Source: a virus
Taxonomy: Duplodnaviria; Caudoviricetes
Length of the DNA stretch: 64,000 bases
IMG/VR virus record: IMGVR_UViG_2830687482_000006
Location: 11,083-75,082 of that record
Reading direction: 5' to 3' (one strand)
Shown here piece by piece: positions 1 through 10,651 of the stretch. The position numbers and the translations under genes are program-made. Numbering within the stretch: the first letter of the stretch is position 1; each line of letters starts with the position of its first letter. The notes under the pieces were generated by a model. It saw nothing but the letters and a program-made list of their open reading frames with translations, was not told the origin of the DNA and made no database searches.

Positions 1-1171
1 CTCCCTCAGCTTTTCTTTTAGCAGCTTTATAGCCTTGAAGAAGGTCTGCCTTCCCAAGTTTGAGATTATCGGAACTGGCAATTTTCTGAATGAAACCAAG
101 CAAAGCTCTAAAGTCCATTTCTGAAAATTTATCATCTTTAGCTACTAGAGATAATAATTCTTGGACCCTAGCCATAGCCCAATCGTCATCTCCCGGTTGC
201 TCGGCCAATTTTCCCCGAAGCCAATCTCTAGCCTTTACTACTGTCCATCGTGACACCTGATTCTTTTCAGCAATCAGTTTAATTGATTCATTTGCAAGCC
301 AGTGTTCAGTGAGATTTGCATCCCACCCTTCGGGTAAAGACTTTCCTTTTTCCAAGTCTTTGATCAAAAACTCGAAAAGTTTTGCTATCCCTTTGCCGGG
401 GTCCATATTGTCCCCACTGGAAACAGTTGTGGTAAACTGGCGAACCCAATGAGTCATATGATCAATGGCTTCTTGTAGGGAGAATTGAGCGGCCTTATCC
501 ATGCCTAGAACAACTCTTGCAAGATAGCCTGCATGACGAATCATTTGAACATCACGTTCGCCCTCTGGAACGATATCTACGGGGCCGGAACGAGTTCCCT
601 TTGCCACCGAGAAACCTCTAGCGTTAAGTAAGTCTCGTAACTGACTATCGATATCATCTGCCAAAGGTAGTATCTGATCGATAACCTCATAAAGATTAGT
701 GTTTGCTTTATAAGGTTTCCCCGTATCTGGGTGAATAGAAGGTGGAACCACCATTTGGTTACCTAAGCCCAAAAATTCGCAAATCATTCCATCCTGATCA
801 CTGCGAAGTTTGAAGTTACGCTGACCAGACCAACGATAAATCAGACCCATACCCTTGGCACCAATACGAACCCAAGGGGACTTAGGAAGAATATCAAGAA
901 TGGCTTTTACCAACTCTTCATTCTCAGTATCAATATCTATAGCACACAGACCAGAAGCTGACCCGAAAGGTAATCCAATATTACAGTCAGGATAACTGTT
1001 AAGCCAAGCCTGCTTTTCGGTATCAGTCGGCATGACTGAGCCAAATTTCGGCCAATCATTTAGTATCGGAGCTTTACCCCGACCTTTTTGATCCACATTA
1101 TGTGGTTTCAAAGGAATCACTGGTAGGCCTGCTGCCCAATACAGTGGTGCGTGTTCTGCAAAAATTGTCAT
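1..1171 (-). CDS. Bifunctional primase-polymerase (Prim-Pol/AEP) N-terminal part; runs off the left window edge (not in ORF track)
   Basis: Manual translation from ATG at 1171: MTIFAEHAPLYWAAGLPVIPLKP...GKAP...NIGLPFGSASGLCAIDID...VVPPSIHPDTGKPY. These are typical Prim-Pol motifs; the frame is open to base 1. Confidence 0.85.
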   Translation of the reverse strand, partial: MTIFAEHAPLYWAAGLPVIPLKPHNVDQKGRGKAPILNDWPKFGSVMPTDTEKQAWLNSYPDCNIGLPFGSASGLCAIDIDTENEELVKAILDILPKSPWVRIGAKGMGLIYRWSGQRNFKLRSDQDGMICEFLGLGNQMVVPPSIHPDTGKPYKANTNLYEVIDQILPLADDIDSQLRDLLNARGFSVAKGTRSGPVDIVPEGERDVQMIRHAGYLARVVLGMDKAAQFSLQEAIDHMTHWVRQFTTTVSSGDNMDPGKGIAKLFEFLIKDLEKGKSLPEGWDANLTEHWLANESIKLIAEKNQVSRWTVVKARDWLRGKLAEQPGDDDWAMARVQELLSLVAKDDKFSEMDFRALLGFIQKIASSDNLKLGKADLLQGYKAAKRKAEG

Positions 1172-1172
1172 A

Positions 1173-1763
1173 TCATTCCTCTGCCGCGAAGGGTTCTAAT
1201 TTTTCAATTATTCTTAAACGTAAATCTTGAGGTAATTCATCTTCCATAAGCTGAATAACTATAGAGATAAAATCTTGCTGTTTTTTTATGCTTTCAATCC
1301 TCTCTTTCATTGAGAGGATTTTCTCTACTAGAGCCGCTCTGGTTTTAACAACTTGTATCCGCTCATGTGGTTCTAGGCCCTTCGCGTCAAGTTTAAGTTG
1401 CCTGATTTCTTCCCTCAGATCATTAAATTCTTTTTCAAGTTCTCCAATAGGAATACCTGAGTTTTTTAGAGGTCTTCCTGATTTTTTTCGCCCATCAGGT
1501 TTCTCCACCAAGGTGGCTTCCACAACCGGATCAAGAACAAAAGTTTTCAATAACTCTCTGGTAGTTTTGTCATATGGACAGACTCGACCATCTAGGTAGG
1601 TAGGATCATTCGAGACATTGGTCACTATCGTTTTGAATTTTTGTAATTCAGTTAGGCTGATTGTAGGGTATTTATCCATACCGATCTTTCTCCTTGCTAA
1701 AAGCCCCTTAGTTGTGCTATCTGAGGACATAATTGCTATACACAGCTCTCTCTCATAGTTCAA
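1173..1763 (-). CDS. Hypothetical coiled-coil protein, candidate terminase small subunit
   Basis: Divergent from terL; helical, charged 196 aa. Assignment from position only. Confidence 0.35.
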   Translation of the reverse strand: MNYERELCIAIMSSDSTTKGLLARRKIGMDKYPTISLTELQKFKTIVTNVSNDPTYLDGRVCPYDKTTRELLKTFVLDPVVEATLVEKPDGRKKSGRPLKNSGIPIGELEKEFNDLREEIRQLKLDAKGLEPHERIQVVKTRAALVEKILSMKERIESIKKQQDFISIVIQLMEDELPQDLRLRIIEKLEPFAAEE

Positions 1764-1824
1764 CCCCCTCGCGTGAAAAATTATGACAAGTTTGCAACCT
1801 GATAGAAAAAGGTAATAAAAACAA

Positions 1825-3558
1825 GTGTTTAAAGAACTTCATAAATTTGCTTCTCAGAAGTTTAAGGCTTCGGGAGATGATGTTCCCATCGCAGATTGGA
1901 TAACCGAGCATACTACTCTTGCTCGTAAGCCTTTCTCTTTTAAGAGATATCCTTTTCAAGAGCAAATCGCCAATGATATGCACCCAAATCTGAGCGTCAT
2001 CAAATGCAGCCAGATCGGCTTAACGGAAATTCAGGTTCGAAAATTTTTAGCATTTCTCCGACGAATGAATGGAGTTAGTGGCATTTTTACGCTGCCTACA
2101 GAAGATATGGCAAAAAGAGTTTATACGACCCGCATGTCCCCGATCCTTAGAGTCGATGATGTTTTTAATCCTCCGATGTTAGACAAACCTGTCAGGCGTC
2201 AAGATTTGATTCAAGTTCAAGACTCATGGGGCTATATAACTCCATGTATCGAAGGGCCAGCAACATCTATTCCAGCGGATATCCTTTTTCACGACGAATT
2301 AGATTTATCAGACGAAGCGATGGTGGGATTGTTTCAGTCTCGACTACAAAACTCAGAATTCAAAATTACTCAGGCATTTTCTACCCCGACTTATCTTGGA
2401 TATGGAGTAGATAAAAATTTCAATCTAACTGATCAATTTTATTATCTTGTAAGATGTTCTAAGTGTAACCATCATCAATTTCCCCGATTTGAGCACGACT
2501 TCATACACATAGCCGGTATGAGTTTTGAAGTCGATAAGCTTACTGACATGACTGCTGAACAAATAACTGGGCTTAATTTGAAAGATTCCTATGTTAAGTG
2601 TGCTAAATGCAGCAGTCGATTAGATTTATCGGATGTATCTTTACGAGAATGGGTAGCAAAATATCCAAGTAAGGATCAGTTTAGAGGGTATAAGGTAAAT
2701 CCTTTCTCTACTGATAGAATTTCACTCGAATATATTTTTCAACAGCTTGCTAAGTATAAGATGCAGGAGAATGAAAAGGGATTCCATAATACTGTTCTCG
2801 GAGAACCTTATAGTCCTGCTTCTGCCCAAATTCCTGAGGATTGTATTCGCTCGGCAATGACACCTCATGGCAGACCAATAACACCCGACTGGGATAGAGC
2901 TGTTTTTATGGGTATCGACATGGGAGCCATTTGCCACATAAGCTTGGTTGGTGAATATACTGATGGGAAAGACCCTTGGTTCTTATTCAAGACATGCCAC
3001 GTATCTCAACTTTCGGCAACTATTTCTGAACTTCAAAAAGAATATAACATCGTTCAGGCTTGTGCTGATCGCTACCCCTATACTCCGGAGGTTGATCAAC
3101 TTCGAGAAAACACAAATGGTATGTTAATGCCTATATCTTACAGGGGTAATGCTATTATCGCACCTCGTAAAGACGAGGCAGATAATCTCATATATTATGA
3201 TGCTAATAGAACCTTCGCACTAGACATGGTTAGAACATCAATCGTGAACAATATTGCGGTTCTTGGTGGTTACACTTCTAATAAAGATGTGTTGGTGGCA
3301 CACTTAAGAGATATGATCAGGGAGGAAAGTCCCGAAAAAGAGCCACGCTGGGTTAAATTAAATGGTAACGATCACTTTTTTCACTCTATGGCCTATGCCC
3401 TATTAGCTAGAAGAGTGTCCGAGCATTTATTTTTGCATAATCTCGGAGATAGTGCTATGACTCTATCTATCGTAGGTATGGATGTTGGTGAGCAAAAAAA
3501 TGATCCAACTAACAAATTCTTAGGTAAGGGTGTGAGAAAATATGGCTTCACTGGATAG
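1825..3558 (+). CDS. terL: Terminase large subunit (lambda GpA-like)
   Basis: Walker A-like KCSQIGLTE, Walker B ILFHDELD, CxxC zinc-ribbon pairs, nuclease motifs GIDMG and NDHFFHSMAY. Confidence 0.93.
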   Translation: MFKELHKFASQKFKASGDDVPIADWITEHTTLARKPFSFKRYPFQEQIANDMHPNLSVIKCSQIGLTEIQVRKFLAFLRRMNGVSGIFTLPTEDMAKRVYTTRMSPILRVDDVFNPPMLDKPVRRQDLIQVQDSWGYITPCIEGPATSIPADILFHDELDLSDEAMVGLFQSRLQNSEFKITQAFSTPTYLGYGVDKNFNLTDQFYYLVRCSKCNHHQFPRFEHDFIHIAGMSFEVDKLTDMTAEQITGLNLKDSYVKCAKCSSRLDLSDVSLREWVAKYPSKDQFRGYKVNPFSTDRISLEYIFQQLAKYKMQENEKGFHNTVLGEPYSPASAQIPEDCIRSAMTPHGRPITPDWDRAVFMGIDMGAICHISLVGEYTDGKDPWFLFKTCHVSQLSATISELQKEYNIVQACADRYPYTPEVDQLRENTNGMLMPISYRGNAIIAPRKDEADNLIYYDANRTFALDMVRTSIVNNIAVLGGYTSNKDVLVAHLRDMIREESPEKEPRWVKLNGNDHFFHSMAYALLARRVSEHLFLHNLGDSAMTLSIVGMDVGEQKNDPTNKFLGKGVRKYGFTG

Positions 3559-5005
3559 TATTCAATTCATCCTTCCGAAGAAAAAACAAAAAACAGGTGG
3601 TCAATCCGCCACACCGGGCTATAATGCCAACGATGAGGTCCGTTCTGTACCTCGATACGCAAATCATCGTAATGATATTTTCGATTCAAGACAATCTGGG
3701 GATAGTAGAACTCTGTTGGATGATCTGGTTCGTCACGATCCAGATGTTTCTTCTGCTATTTTTGCGTTTGGAACTATTTCTAGTTCTGCTCAAATGTACA
3801 TGGTTGCTTATGATACTAATAATGAAGTTGACGCTGATGGAATAAAGCTGGCTCAAGCTATTTCAAATAGACTTTTTACTGCCAATGATTATTCAATAGG
3901 CTTTAATGCAAAAATGTCCGAAAAGCAATTTCTTGATGATCTGAGATATAGCACTATACTGCATGGAGCATATGGATTTGAGCTAGTTTATGATAAGGCT
4001 CTAGAACCATATGAGTTACGTATAGTCGATATGAAATCTGTCGAGTGGCAAGAATCAAAACCCGGACTGTACAAGCCTTTCCAAAAAGTCACGGGTGTAA
4101 ATGATTCTGTTTCTTTGGATATTCCTACTTTCTTCACAGAAAAATTCCACCAGAATCCCAATGACATTTATGGGTATTCTTTGTTTGTTTCGGCTATAAA
4201 CACGATTGCTGCCCGTCAGCAGGTGATAAATGATTTATATAGAATCATGCAGTTCACTGGATATCCTCGATTGGATATAACAGTTCTCGAATCAGTGCTT
4301 ATGCAGAACGCACCTCCGGCTTTAAGAAACGATCCAAAGAAGCGACAACAATTTGTCGATCAGCAGCTTAGTGCTATTCGGGGTCAATTTACAACAATTA
4401 GACCCGATCAAGCTTTCGTGCATACAGATGCTGTTAAAACCGGTATGGTAAATGATAAGAATCCCGGAGCAAGTTTACAAATTAAAGAGGTCATAGAAAC
4501 TCTGAATGCCCAAAACCAAGCGGCCTTAAAAACAATGCCTTCTGTTGTGGGTAAAGGTCAGAATGGGGATACTGCTTCTACGGAAAGTAGACTTTTTGCT
4601 ATAAGCTGTGATAGCTTGAACAAAACTCTCGCCTCTGGACTTTCCGAAGCTTTAACCCTAGCTGCAAGAATAGCTGGTTTTCAAGGTAGGGTAGAAGTTT
4701 GTTTTACGCCTATTGAGCTTAGGCCTACTCTCGAACTTGAACCTCATTTCACTATGAAGGCTTCTCGATTGAAGCAAGACCTATCTCTCGGAGTCATAAC
4801 TGATCTTGAATATCACATGCAAATGTACAATCGTCCACCACCAGCCGGGTACAAAAAATTATCAGGAACCAATTTTCTTGATCAACAGACTGTAGATGTA
4901 CAGGCAGATAAGATTAGTCCTAATGACGACCCAAATGGTAGAGGTCAAGTTTCTGAGGGCGGAAAAAATGCAAAATCTAACCGAACAAAAAGTGGTGAGG
5001 TTTGA
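3542..5005 (+). CDS. Portal protein
   Basis: 487 aa directly after terL and before the protease; size and synteny. Confidence 0.8.
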   Translation: MASLDSIQFILPKKKQKTGGQSATPGYNANDEVRSVPRYANHRNDIFDSRQSGDSRTLLDDLVRHDPDVSSAIFAFGTISSSAQMYMVAYDTNNEVDADGIKLAQAISNRLFTANDYSIGFNAKMSEKQFLDDLRYSTILHGAYGFELVYDKALEPYELRIVDMKSVEWQESKPGLYKPFQKVTGVNDSVSLDIPTFFTEKFHQNPNDIYGYSLFVSAINTIAARQQVINDLYRIMQFTGYPRLDITVLESVLMQNAPPALRNDPKKRQQFVDQQLSAIRGQFTTIRPDQAFVHTDAVKTGMVNDKNPGASLQIKEVIETLNAQNQAALKTMPSVVGKGQNGDTASTESRLFAISCDSLNKTLASGLSEALTLAARIAGFQGRVEVCFTPIELRPTLELEPHFTMKASRLKQDLSLGVITDLEYHMQMYNRPPPAGYKKLSGTNFLDQQTVDVQADKISPNDDPNGRGQVSEGGKNAKSNRTKSGEV

Positions 5006-5053
5006 TATGGTTAACTTGAATGATTTTAAGAAAGATCGTAGAGGACTGTTGAT

Positions 5054-6235
5054 ATGAAAGAATTAGTAAAGACTCCTTTTATCACAGCTCTGCTGACGAA
5101 AGCGGCGGGACCTGATGTTGATTTGAATAAGCTTCATGTATTTGAAGTTAGAGCTACCAGTACTGTACCTCTTCGGGGTAAAAAAGGAACAATTTTTGAA
5201 AGGGCTACAATTAGTCCTCACACTATCTCTCTGTTAGCTAAGTCCGTTAATGAGGATGCTGTACCACTGATGATGGACCATGAGCTTGATGGTGCACCAT
5301 ATGGTAAATTTTTCTATGCTGAATCTGTTCCAATGGAATCGGGAGATATAGAGCTTAGAGGATACATCTATGTAGACGATAGTGAAGAAGTAATTCTTAC
5401 AAAGCTTGAGACTGGATCGATTGATGAAGTATCAATTCAGTTCCTTTCAAGTCATATGCTTTGTTCAGAATGTGGGTTTGATTATTTTGAAGCTGCGGCG
5501 AATGATAATTTTCTTCCCCTTATGAGTCATACTTGCGAACAAGGCCACGTAATTGGTAGAGAAGGTGTTCATGTTCGTCTTGTTGGCGTAGAAGAAATGA
5601 TAGAACTAAGTTTGGTTAGTCGTGGTGCAGCAAAAAATTCCAAGATTATAGGATCATCTGATGCTATGTTGGGCGAATCAGCACAAAGATTAGCCGCAAG
5701 CGGCGTCGATGTGCGAAATGATTATTATTGCACAGCGTCGATCAACGATGAAGGAGTTAATGACGTGGATTTCAAAGACCTAACGGCCAAGCTGACTGCT
5801 TTGACCGACGACAAGATCGACCTAGCAACCAAATTGGTAGCAGCCGAAGCTCAAGTGACAGCACTTACCTCAGATCGAGATTCTGAAAAAGCTCGTGCCG
5901 ATTCAGCAGAAGCTCAAGTAACTAAACTTACAGAAGCAGCTGCTACTGCCAGTCAGGAAGCCGAAGGTGTTCCAACAAGTGAAACAGTCACAGCCATGTC
6001 TGCCTTGATCGGTAAAAACTATGTGGCTTTGAAAGCTCTAGATGGTGAAGCAGACGCAAATGTTCCCGAGGATATTACCGAAGCTGTGAAGTTTATTGAG
6101 GACAATCAGGCTCGCCTCAGTGCTCTAATTCCGGCTGGTGGAGTAACTGTTCAGGCAGGTGGGAGCCAAGGTAATCTGACAGAAGGTCAGAAGAAACTGC
6201 AAATCGCACAAGTTAGTGCTTTCAAGTCGAACTAA
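5054..6235 (+). CDS. Prohead protease with C-terminal coiled-coil scaffold
   Basis: PLMMDH...G, EVSI and ELSLVSRGA herpes-type protease motifs; Ala-rich coiled-coil C-terminus. Confidence 0.8.
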   Translation: MKELVKTPFITALLTKAAGPDVDLNKLHVFEVRATSTVPLRGKKGTIFERATISPHTISLLAKSVNEDAVPLMMDHELDGAPYGKFFYAESVPMESGDIELRGYIYVDDSEEVILTKLETGSIDEVSIQFLSSHMLCSECGFDYFEAAANDNFLPLMSHTCEQGHVIGREGVHVRLVGVEEMIELSLVSRGAAKNSKIIGSSDAMLGESAQRLAASGVDVRNDYYCTASINDEGVNDVDFKDLTAKLTALTDDKIDLATKLVAAEAQVTALTSDRDSEKARADSAEAQVTKLTEAAATASQEAEGVPTSETVTAMSALIGKNYVALKALDGEADANVPEDITEAVKFIEDNQARLSALIPAGGVTVQAGGSQGNLTEGQKKLQIAQVSAFKSN

Positions 6236-6248
6236 GGAGTGAAGAAAA

Positions 6249-6635
6249 ATGACCTTTAATACAAGCCAAGTAATCCTTGACGGCTTCACAATGGATGATT
6301 TCATCTTCACGATGTTCATCAGTGGCACTGTAACTCAGGAAGATATCGGTAAAGCTGTTTCGCTAGATACCGCCGCTCCTGCTACTGTTAAGCTTGCCGC
6401 AGATAATGATGTAGTTTATGGACGTATTTTCCAAGTTGAAGATCGCTCACAGGAAGGCGTTACTACTGTTTCCGTAGAAACTAAATTCCGTAAACGCCTT
6501 CCGAAAACCGGTGCAGTAACTATTGGAGCAAGTGTTGTGGGTGCAGGAGCTGGTGTTGTTAAAGCAGCAGCTGCATCTTCTGCTAATGTCGTACTAGCAG
6601 TCGGCACTGATTATGTTATTGTGCAAAAGAACTAA
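6249..6635 (+). CDS. Head decoration/cement protein
   Basis: 128 aa beta-rich, Gly/Ala/Val-rich protein between protease and capsid. Confidence 0.65.
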   Translation: MTFNTSQVILDGFTMDDFIFTMFISGTVTQEDIGKAVSLDTAAPATVKLAADNDVVYGRIFQVEDRSQEGVTTVSVETKFRKRLPKTGAVTIGASVVGAGAGVVKAAAASSANVVLAVGTDYVIVQKN

Positions 6636-6653
6636 GAACAGGAGTAATTTTTA

Positions 6654-7868
6654 ATGCCTAACTTTAAGCCTCTAACGGATTTGACCACAGCTCGGGTTTC
6701 TGCCGAACAGCTTGTTGGTAAGCTGAAATCCAACAGCCAAACGGAGTCGTTGGAGGCAGGTATGAACCTGCTTTCTCAGGCGCGCGAATATGGTCTAAAT
6801 ATTGCTGACTACCTACGTCTAAAGGTGCAACCGGACGGTCTCGCTCTTGAGGCAGGCCTCGATGGTTATGAAGCTGTTAAGATGTATCTTGGCCTGCCTA
6901 CGAAGGATGATTACCGCAATGGTGTTGTGCTTCAAGCAGCTGCGGATGCGTTTTCCAGCTATCGTGGTGTTCGCGCCCTCTTCCCTGAGGTTGTAGACGA
7001 CGTAGTTCAGTGGAAATATCGTCAAACAGACTTTGAAAGTCCTGACGCCCTGATTTCGCAGAGCCGCACGATTAACGGAACTGAGTTGATCACCACTGTT
7101 GTCAACGACAACAAGGAAGACTACGAGCGTTATGGCATGATTGCCGAAGGTGCGCGTGTGCCAGTTTGGTCAATCAAAGCTTCGGAACATTCGGTTAAGA
7201 TTTTCAAGTTCGGTATCGGACTAGAGTGGACTTACGAATTTGGACGTCGTGCTAGCCTTGATCTTATTGCACCTTACGCCCTTCGTGCTGAAAAGCAAAC
7301 GAAGCGCGCCCAGACTGCAACGGCTTACGCTATGTTGAAGAACGGAGATGCTGTTGCTTCTCATGCTGCCGCCCCGGTGCGGAACGCCTCGGCAATTAAC
7401 ACTGACAACAATCTTGGTGTCACTGGGGTAGCCGCTGGCAAGTTGAACTGGGAAATTCTCCTTGCTTGGCTTGTCGAGCGAGCGAAAGCAGGTGCTCCTA
7501 TTGATACGGTAGCTGGTAACTGGGATACATTCCTACAATGGAAGCTGATGTTTGCCAAAAACACACTCAGCGACGGTTTGACTCAGATCGAAGCACTGCA
7601 ACGTGCAGGGGTTACAGTTGCGCAGGAAAATCCTCGTTTCGACCTCAACCTTAATTTCGCACTGGTTTCCAGCGCGAGTGCTAATGAGTTGCTTGGTTTC
7701 TCGAAGGCGGATACTCTTGAGGAACTTATTGAGAACGGTTCGGATATCGAGGAATCGGAGCGCGTTATGCAGAACCAGAAGGTTAATCTGTATAGCACAA
7801 AGAATGCAGGTTACCGCCTGATCTTTGGTGACACCCGCTCGGTCCTAAACCTTAACGCTATTGCTTAA
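6654..7868 (+). CDS. Major capsid protein (HK97 fold)
   Basis: 404 aa with strongly biased codon usage; IAEGARVP and KFGIGLEWTYE capsid-like motifs; followed by a hairpin. Confidence 0.85.
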   Translation: MPNFKPLTDLTTARVSAEQLVGKLKSNSQTESLEAGMNLLSQAREYGLNIADYLRLKVQPDGLALEAGLDGYEAVKMYLGLPTKDDYRNGVVLQAAADAFSSYRGVRALFPEVVDDVVQWKYRQTDFESPDALISQSRTINGTELITTVVNDNKEDYERYGMIAEGARVPVWSIKASEHSVKIFKFGIGLEWTYEFGRRASLDLIAPYALRAEKQTKRAQTATAYAMLKNGDAVASHAAAPVRNASAINTDNNLGVTGVAAGKLNWEILLAWLVERAKAGAPIDTVAGNWDTFLQWKLMFAKNTLSDGLTQIEALQRAGVTVAQENPRFDLNLNFALVSSASANELLGFSKADTLEELIENGSDIEESERVMQNQKVNLYSTKNAGYRLIFGDTRSVLNLNAIA

Positions 7869-7878
7869 GGTAAAATCT

Positions 7879-7906
7879 AGAGGGGCGGAGAATTCTCCGC
7901 CCCTCT
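7879..7906 (+). terminator. GC-rich hairpin after the capsid gene (terminator or mRNA-stabilising stem, no U-tract)
   Basis: AGAGGGGCGGAG-AATT-CTCCGCCCCTCT perfect 12-bp stem. Confidence 0.55.
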
Positions 7907-7930
7907 CAAAATCACAATAGGACAAGTAGT

Positions 7931-8149
7931 ATGGCTAACAAACCTGATAATCAAAATATTGAAAAAGTCGAGAAGGCTGAGAAAGTCGAATCAAAAAATG
8001 GCGATTTGATTCGAGTAGAAACTACAGGAAATTTTGGTCTTATTGATCCGGTAACCAATCTTGACATTTCTCATGAAGGTGTTACTGAAACTGTTAGAAC
8101 ACCTTTCATCGAACGCATGTTAAATATAAAGAGACTAAAAGAGGTATGA
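7931..8149 (+). CDS. Small hypothetical virion-associated protein
   Basis: 72 aa ORF with RBS, immediately after the capsid gene. Confidence 0.5.
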   Translation: MANKPDNQNIEKVEKAEKVESKNGDLIRVETTGNFGLIDPVTNLDISHEGVTETVRTPFIERMLNIKRLKEV

Positions 8150-8150
8150 C

Positions 8151-8852
8151 TTGGAAAGTGGAACTGACCTAAAGCATTTAGTGCTCTTCAACAAGGGTCA
8201 ACCGACCAGCAACCTCACTTATACATTATTTAATCAAGATGGAAATATAGTTGAGACCGATTCGGTCTCAACTAATCTTGGTCAAATGAGCTATCTTATC
8301 GAAATTGCTGGAAGCTCAAATACCTTATCTAAGCCTCTTTATGAACAGATGAAATTACAGTGGAGCTACACTACTGCCGATTCGGCCATCGTAGACTCTT
8401 TCAAATATTTGCTACACACCCCTATCCTCTTTGCTGTCTCAAAAGACTCAGTTCGTAGTCTTTTAGGAGTAAATGAGGACGAACTTACAGACCAAGAAAT
8501 TGATCTATTTGCTGGCTATCTTGCCTTTCTAGATAAATTACCGACTGGGGCTGACTTAAGTGCCTACGAGAACGCTGGCACCTTTAATAGCTATAGAATA
8601 TCTGGAGCGATTGAAGCCTCGACTGCTTTGTCCATTTTTCCAACAATGCAAATACGCTTACCAAAACGCTATGGTTCGGGAACCTCCGAATATGAGCGTT
8701 GGACTTCGATTGACTGGGAAGCTTTGGGAGCAGAATTGTCCTCTAAATTGATGACCGGCTTAAATGTTATTGACCCAGATTTACAGTTATTTGAACTAAC
8801 AGATATTTTTGGACTTTCTACGGCACCCGTAGATGTAATCACGGCGACTTGA
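8151..8852 (+). CDS. Putative head-tail adaptor
   Basis: TTG start, 233 aa; position and helical C-half resemble adaptor proteins. Confidence 0.45.
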   Translation: MESGTDLKHLVLFNKGQPTSNLTYTLFNQDGNIVETDSVSTNLGQMSYLIEIAGSSNTLSKPLYEQMKLQWSYTTADSAIVDSFKYLLHTPILFAVSKDSVRSLLGVNEDELTDQEIDLFAGYLAFLDKLPTGADLSAYENAGTFNSYRISGAIEASTALSIFPTMQIRLPKRYGSGTSEYERWTSIDWEALGAELSSKLMTGLNVIDPDLQLFELTDIFGLSTAPVDVITAT

Positions 8853-8853
8853 T

Positions 8854-9321
8854 ATGGCTAGTAGATTTGATATTCCAACAGTTTACGCAACTCTGGTTAC
8901 CAAAGTCAAAGAGATTATAGATGACTTAAAAACTCAAGGCATTTCTGAGAAAATAGAATATATGGCTTGGGATGCTAGACAAGATACAAATACTGAGCTA
9001 CCTAATGTTGACCTAATAGGGTTGGCTGATTGGACCTTTGATGAGGCAGATCACATGCCGGAAATAGAGTGCGTCATTCTACTTTCTGTTGTAAATGACG
9101 CTAATCTATTTCGAGAGGTTGAAATAGCTAATGTGATAAGAAATAAGTGTGTTCATCCAATTCGTCCTGAATACTTGACTTGGACTGTTAGAGATTCTGA
9201 GAATAATCCATTTTCACAACTTACAGTTACAAATTTTACCATGTTGCCCTCAGGGGAATCAGAAGCTCGAACAGTTCGGCAATTCGGTATCAGCTTGAAA
9301 CGAGCTGATTATGGGAAATGA
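8854..9321 (+). CDS. Putative tail terminator/completion protein
   Basis: 155 aa acidic alpha/beta protein in the neck region; synteny only. Confidence 0.4.
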   Translation: MASRFDIPTVYATLVTKVKEIIDDLKTQGISEKIEYMAWDARQDTNTELPNVDLIGLADWTFDEADHMPEIECVILLSVVNDANLFREVEIANVIRNKCVHPIRPEYLTWTVRDSENNPFSQLTVTNFTMLPSGESEARTVRQFGISLKRADYGK

Positions 9322-10117
9322 TCTGAATATTGTTCTTCAATTTCAGTTCAAACCTAGAACCAAATTTTCTGAAATTGAGGGTAAAGGCTTAGCCAATTAC
9401 GTCATTCAAGATATTGCCTTCAAAGCTGGCGAACGTCAAAGACTCAATCTTTCAAAGAATCTACGTAGAGATTTTGCTCCAATAGTTGAGCGAGAATTAA
9501 GCAAAATGGCTAGGCAGGTGGCTACATTAGCTTTAGGACTTTCTGGGTCAACCAACGCACCTACAGGATCATTAAAGATAGATGGACAAATTTCAAAAGC
9601 CATGAGGGCGAATTCAAGTCCGATGAATATTTCCAGTGTTACTGGAGCTTGGAAAGAGAGAAGTAAAGCTTACCTAAAATGGAAAACAAAAACCTATAAA
9701 ACCAGAAAATGGTTCAAAAATACTGGGCAATTACAATCTGAATTAAAAAATACTGCTGCATATCATCAGGCTTATGGTCCAATGGGTGTAAAATTTATTC
9801 CTGCTAGAGGAACCCAACCCACTCTTTCTAGTCTTGGACGCTCTAGAGGCCGCCTCTCTAATTTTATTGTAACTGGAAGATTGGAAGTTACCGTATTTCG
9901 GAGGCTTGGACTTAACGATCTTCCTAAAATTGGAGAACAAGCAACCTATTCAAAAAAAAGACTATCTGGTTTCGCTGATAGTATTGAAAAGAAGCTAACT
10001 GGTCCCGACCCTAAAAAAGCTTATAGACCTATAGTTGAGCCTTTCTTGACGTATTACATGAATAGGCGTATCCCTAATGCCATTTTTCGTAAGGTAGAAC
10101 AAAGCGTATTAGGCTAA
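9311..10117 (+). CDS. Putative neck/tail-completion protein (basic)
   Basis: 268 aa Lys/Arg-rich; PLxxxY/TGQL/RPIV-type motifs reminiscent of virion morphogenesis proteins. Confidence 0.35.
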   Translation: MGNDLNIVLQFQFKPRTKFSEIEGKGLANYVIQDIAFKAGERQRLNLSKNLRRDFAPIVERELSKMARQVATLALGLSGSTNAPTGSLKIDGQISKAMRANSSPMNISSVTGAWKERSKAYLKWKTKTYKTRKWFKNTGQLQSELKNTAAYHQAYGPMGVKFIPARGTQPTLSSLGRSRGRLSNFIVTGRLEVTVFRRLGLNDLPKIGEQATYSKKRLSGFADSIEKKLTGPDPKKAYRPIVEPFLTYYMNRRIPNAIFRKVEQSVLG

Positions 10118-10651
10118 AATTGCCCCGTAAAGTCCTAAAGCATCGTGGACCTCAATTACTGCTTCACCATCTATGATGTCACCTCTTTTAATTGGATGAT
10201 TCGTAATCATTCTAGTCTTTTCGTTAGGAATACGAAGCTGCCTATCGAAGGCTTCTTGTAGAGGCTCATAGCTCACATAGATACTGATAGGCTCGCTTTC
10301 AGGACCTTCTTTTTCTAGTCCTGTTCTAATATCAGTTATAGTACTTCTCTTAACCAGTTGAGCTACTGAATTAGTTTGATATAGTTTGAAAGCATTGAAG
10401 GGAGAACCTTGTGAGGTTTCACTTATCGCATGCTCTGCCACCATATATTTAACACCAGTGGGGGTTTGAATAACCATTCCTGCTTTCAGATGTAGCACAG
10501 AGGGGGCTTTCAAAATTCTTCTAGGTGCGACCCAAGTTATGGTAGCTCCTTCCGCCAATTGGATATCTTCTAATGCTCCAAAGAATTGTCCAGAGCCTCC
10601 TTCGATAACATCGAAGCGAATATCAAACTTAGACCGAGTGGCTTTCATCAT
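10109..10651 (-). CDS. Putative head-closure/head-tail joining protein on the opposite strand
   Basis: 180 aa beta-rich; translationally coupled (ATGA) to the chaperone -1 frame. Confidence 0.35.
   Translation of the reverse strand: MMKATRSKFDIRFDVIEGGSGQFFGALEDIQLAEGATITWVAPRRILKAPSVLHLKAGMVIQTPTGVKYMVAEHAISETSQGSPFNAFKLYQTNSVAQLVKRSTITDIRTGLEKEGPESEPISIYVSYEPLQEAFDRQLRIPNEKTRMITNHPIKRGDIIDGEAVIEVHDALGLYGAILA

Noticed and set aside
1288-1983. Track ORFs 1288..1599 (+) and 1753..1983 (-)
   Set aside because: Antisense overlaps of real genes; no RBS or motifs.
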